Of a stretch of 64,000 nucleotides of DNA, positions 63,504 to 64,000 are shown piece by piece; position 1 is the first letter of the stretch; each line of letters begins with the position of its first letter. The stretch is from the human T2T-CHM13v2.0 reference genome, Homo sapiens. The stretch is taken from assembly GCF_009914755.1 (NCBI RefSeq), contig NC_060927.1; one strand, 5' to 3'. A program made the translations under genes and the position numbers. The notes under the pieces were generated by a model. That model was not told where the DNA came from. It made no database searches and saw only the letters and a list, made by a program, of their open reading frames with translations.

Positions 63504-64000
63504 CACTATGCAAAGCCAGCCAAGTAACAGTGTGAGTTAACAGAAAGAACTGTTAATTAGGCCAGGTTCTTAACCCAGCTCCTTTAGTTATTATAGAGGT
63601 TAATGATTAGACTCTAGGTTGACTATAATATCCTATGAGAAACACTTTAAGGCAACCTAGAGTCTAATCATTAACCACTCCCTAGCTCACCTTTTCCTTT
63701 CCATTCTAAGTAGGCCCTTGGTTATTTGCAGCAGTATTAACTGGGATAAACGCCTTCAGAGTTAAGAACTTTCACAACCATAGCTCTAATTCACAACAGC
63801 TAAAAAAGCATTTATATAGAGCTTCATTATGTACAATGGTATTCACATACAAATTAGCCATTTCTGTCAAGTTTCTGTCTTCAAAGTAGACTTTCCCAAC
63901 TAGTAACTCTTCCTCCATGCTGGTGAACATGGTACTGCCTTTCACAGGACACAGGCAGACTTTCATGCAGAGTTCCCTTTGCTCTCTGCTTGCTGGTGGA

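Overview
Human (or very close great-ape) genomic DNA at the convergent CCDC66 / TASOR (FAM208A) locus. The + strand carries 14 coding exons of CCDC66, probably exons 5-18 (1144..55945). They splice with consistent GT-AG phases into one open frame ending ...ESFGSSF*. The - strand carries the last six coding exons of TASOR, the HUSH complex scaffold (62938..57364), plus an alternative terminal exon and several poly(A) signals; the most distal signal lies inside the last CCDC66 intron. The two large CCDC66 introns (21.7 and 19.6 kb) are filled with antisense retroelements: a full-length dead L1PA with TSD, a full-length SVA with TSD, and a nested L1MA > L1PB-like > L1PA7-like > Alu stack cut by a deletion. 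Most notable: (1) two L1PA copies of different subfamilies 23.6 kb apart share about 1.7 kb of non-consensus ORF2 changes, consistent with interlocus gene conversion; (2) between them lies a 468-nt three-exon block (circCCDC66), flanked by inverted Alus, whose circle would be a stop-free infinite ORF; (3) the younger L1 has an extended ORF0 with phase-0 donors in frame with CCDC66; (4) candidate poison and cassette exons; (5) alternative TASOR C-termini and a tail-to-tail 3'UTR overlap. Exon numbers, subfamily names and consensus comparisons come from recall and were not computed.
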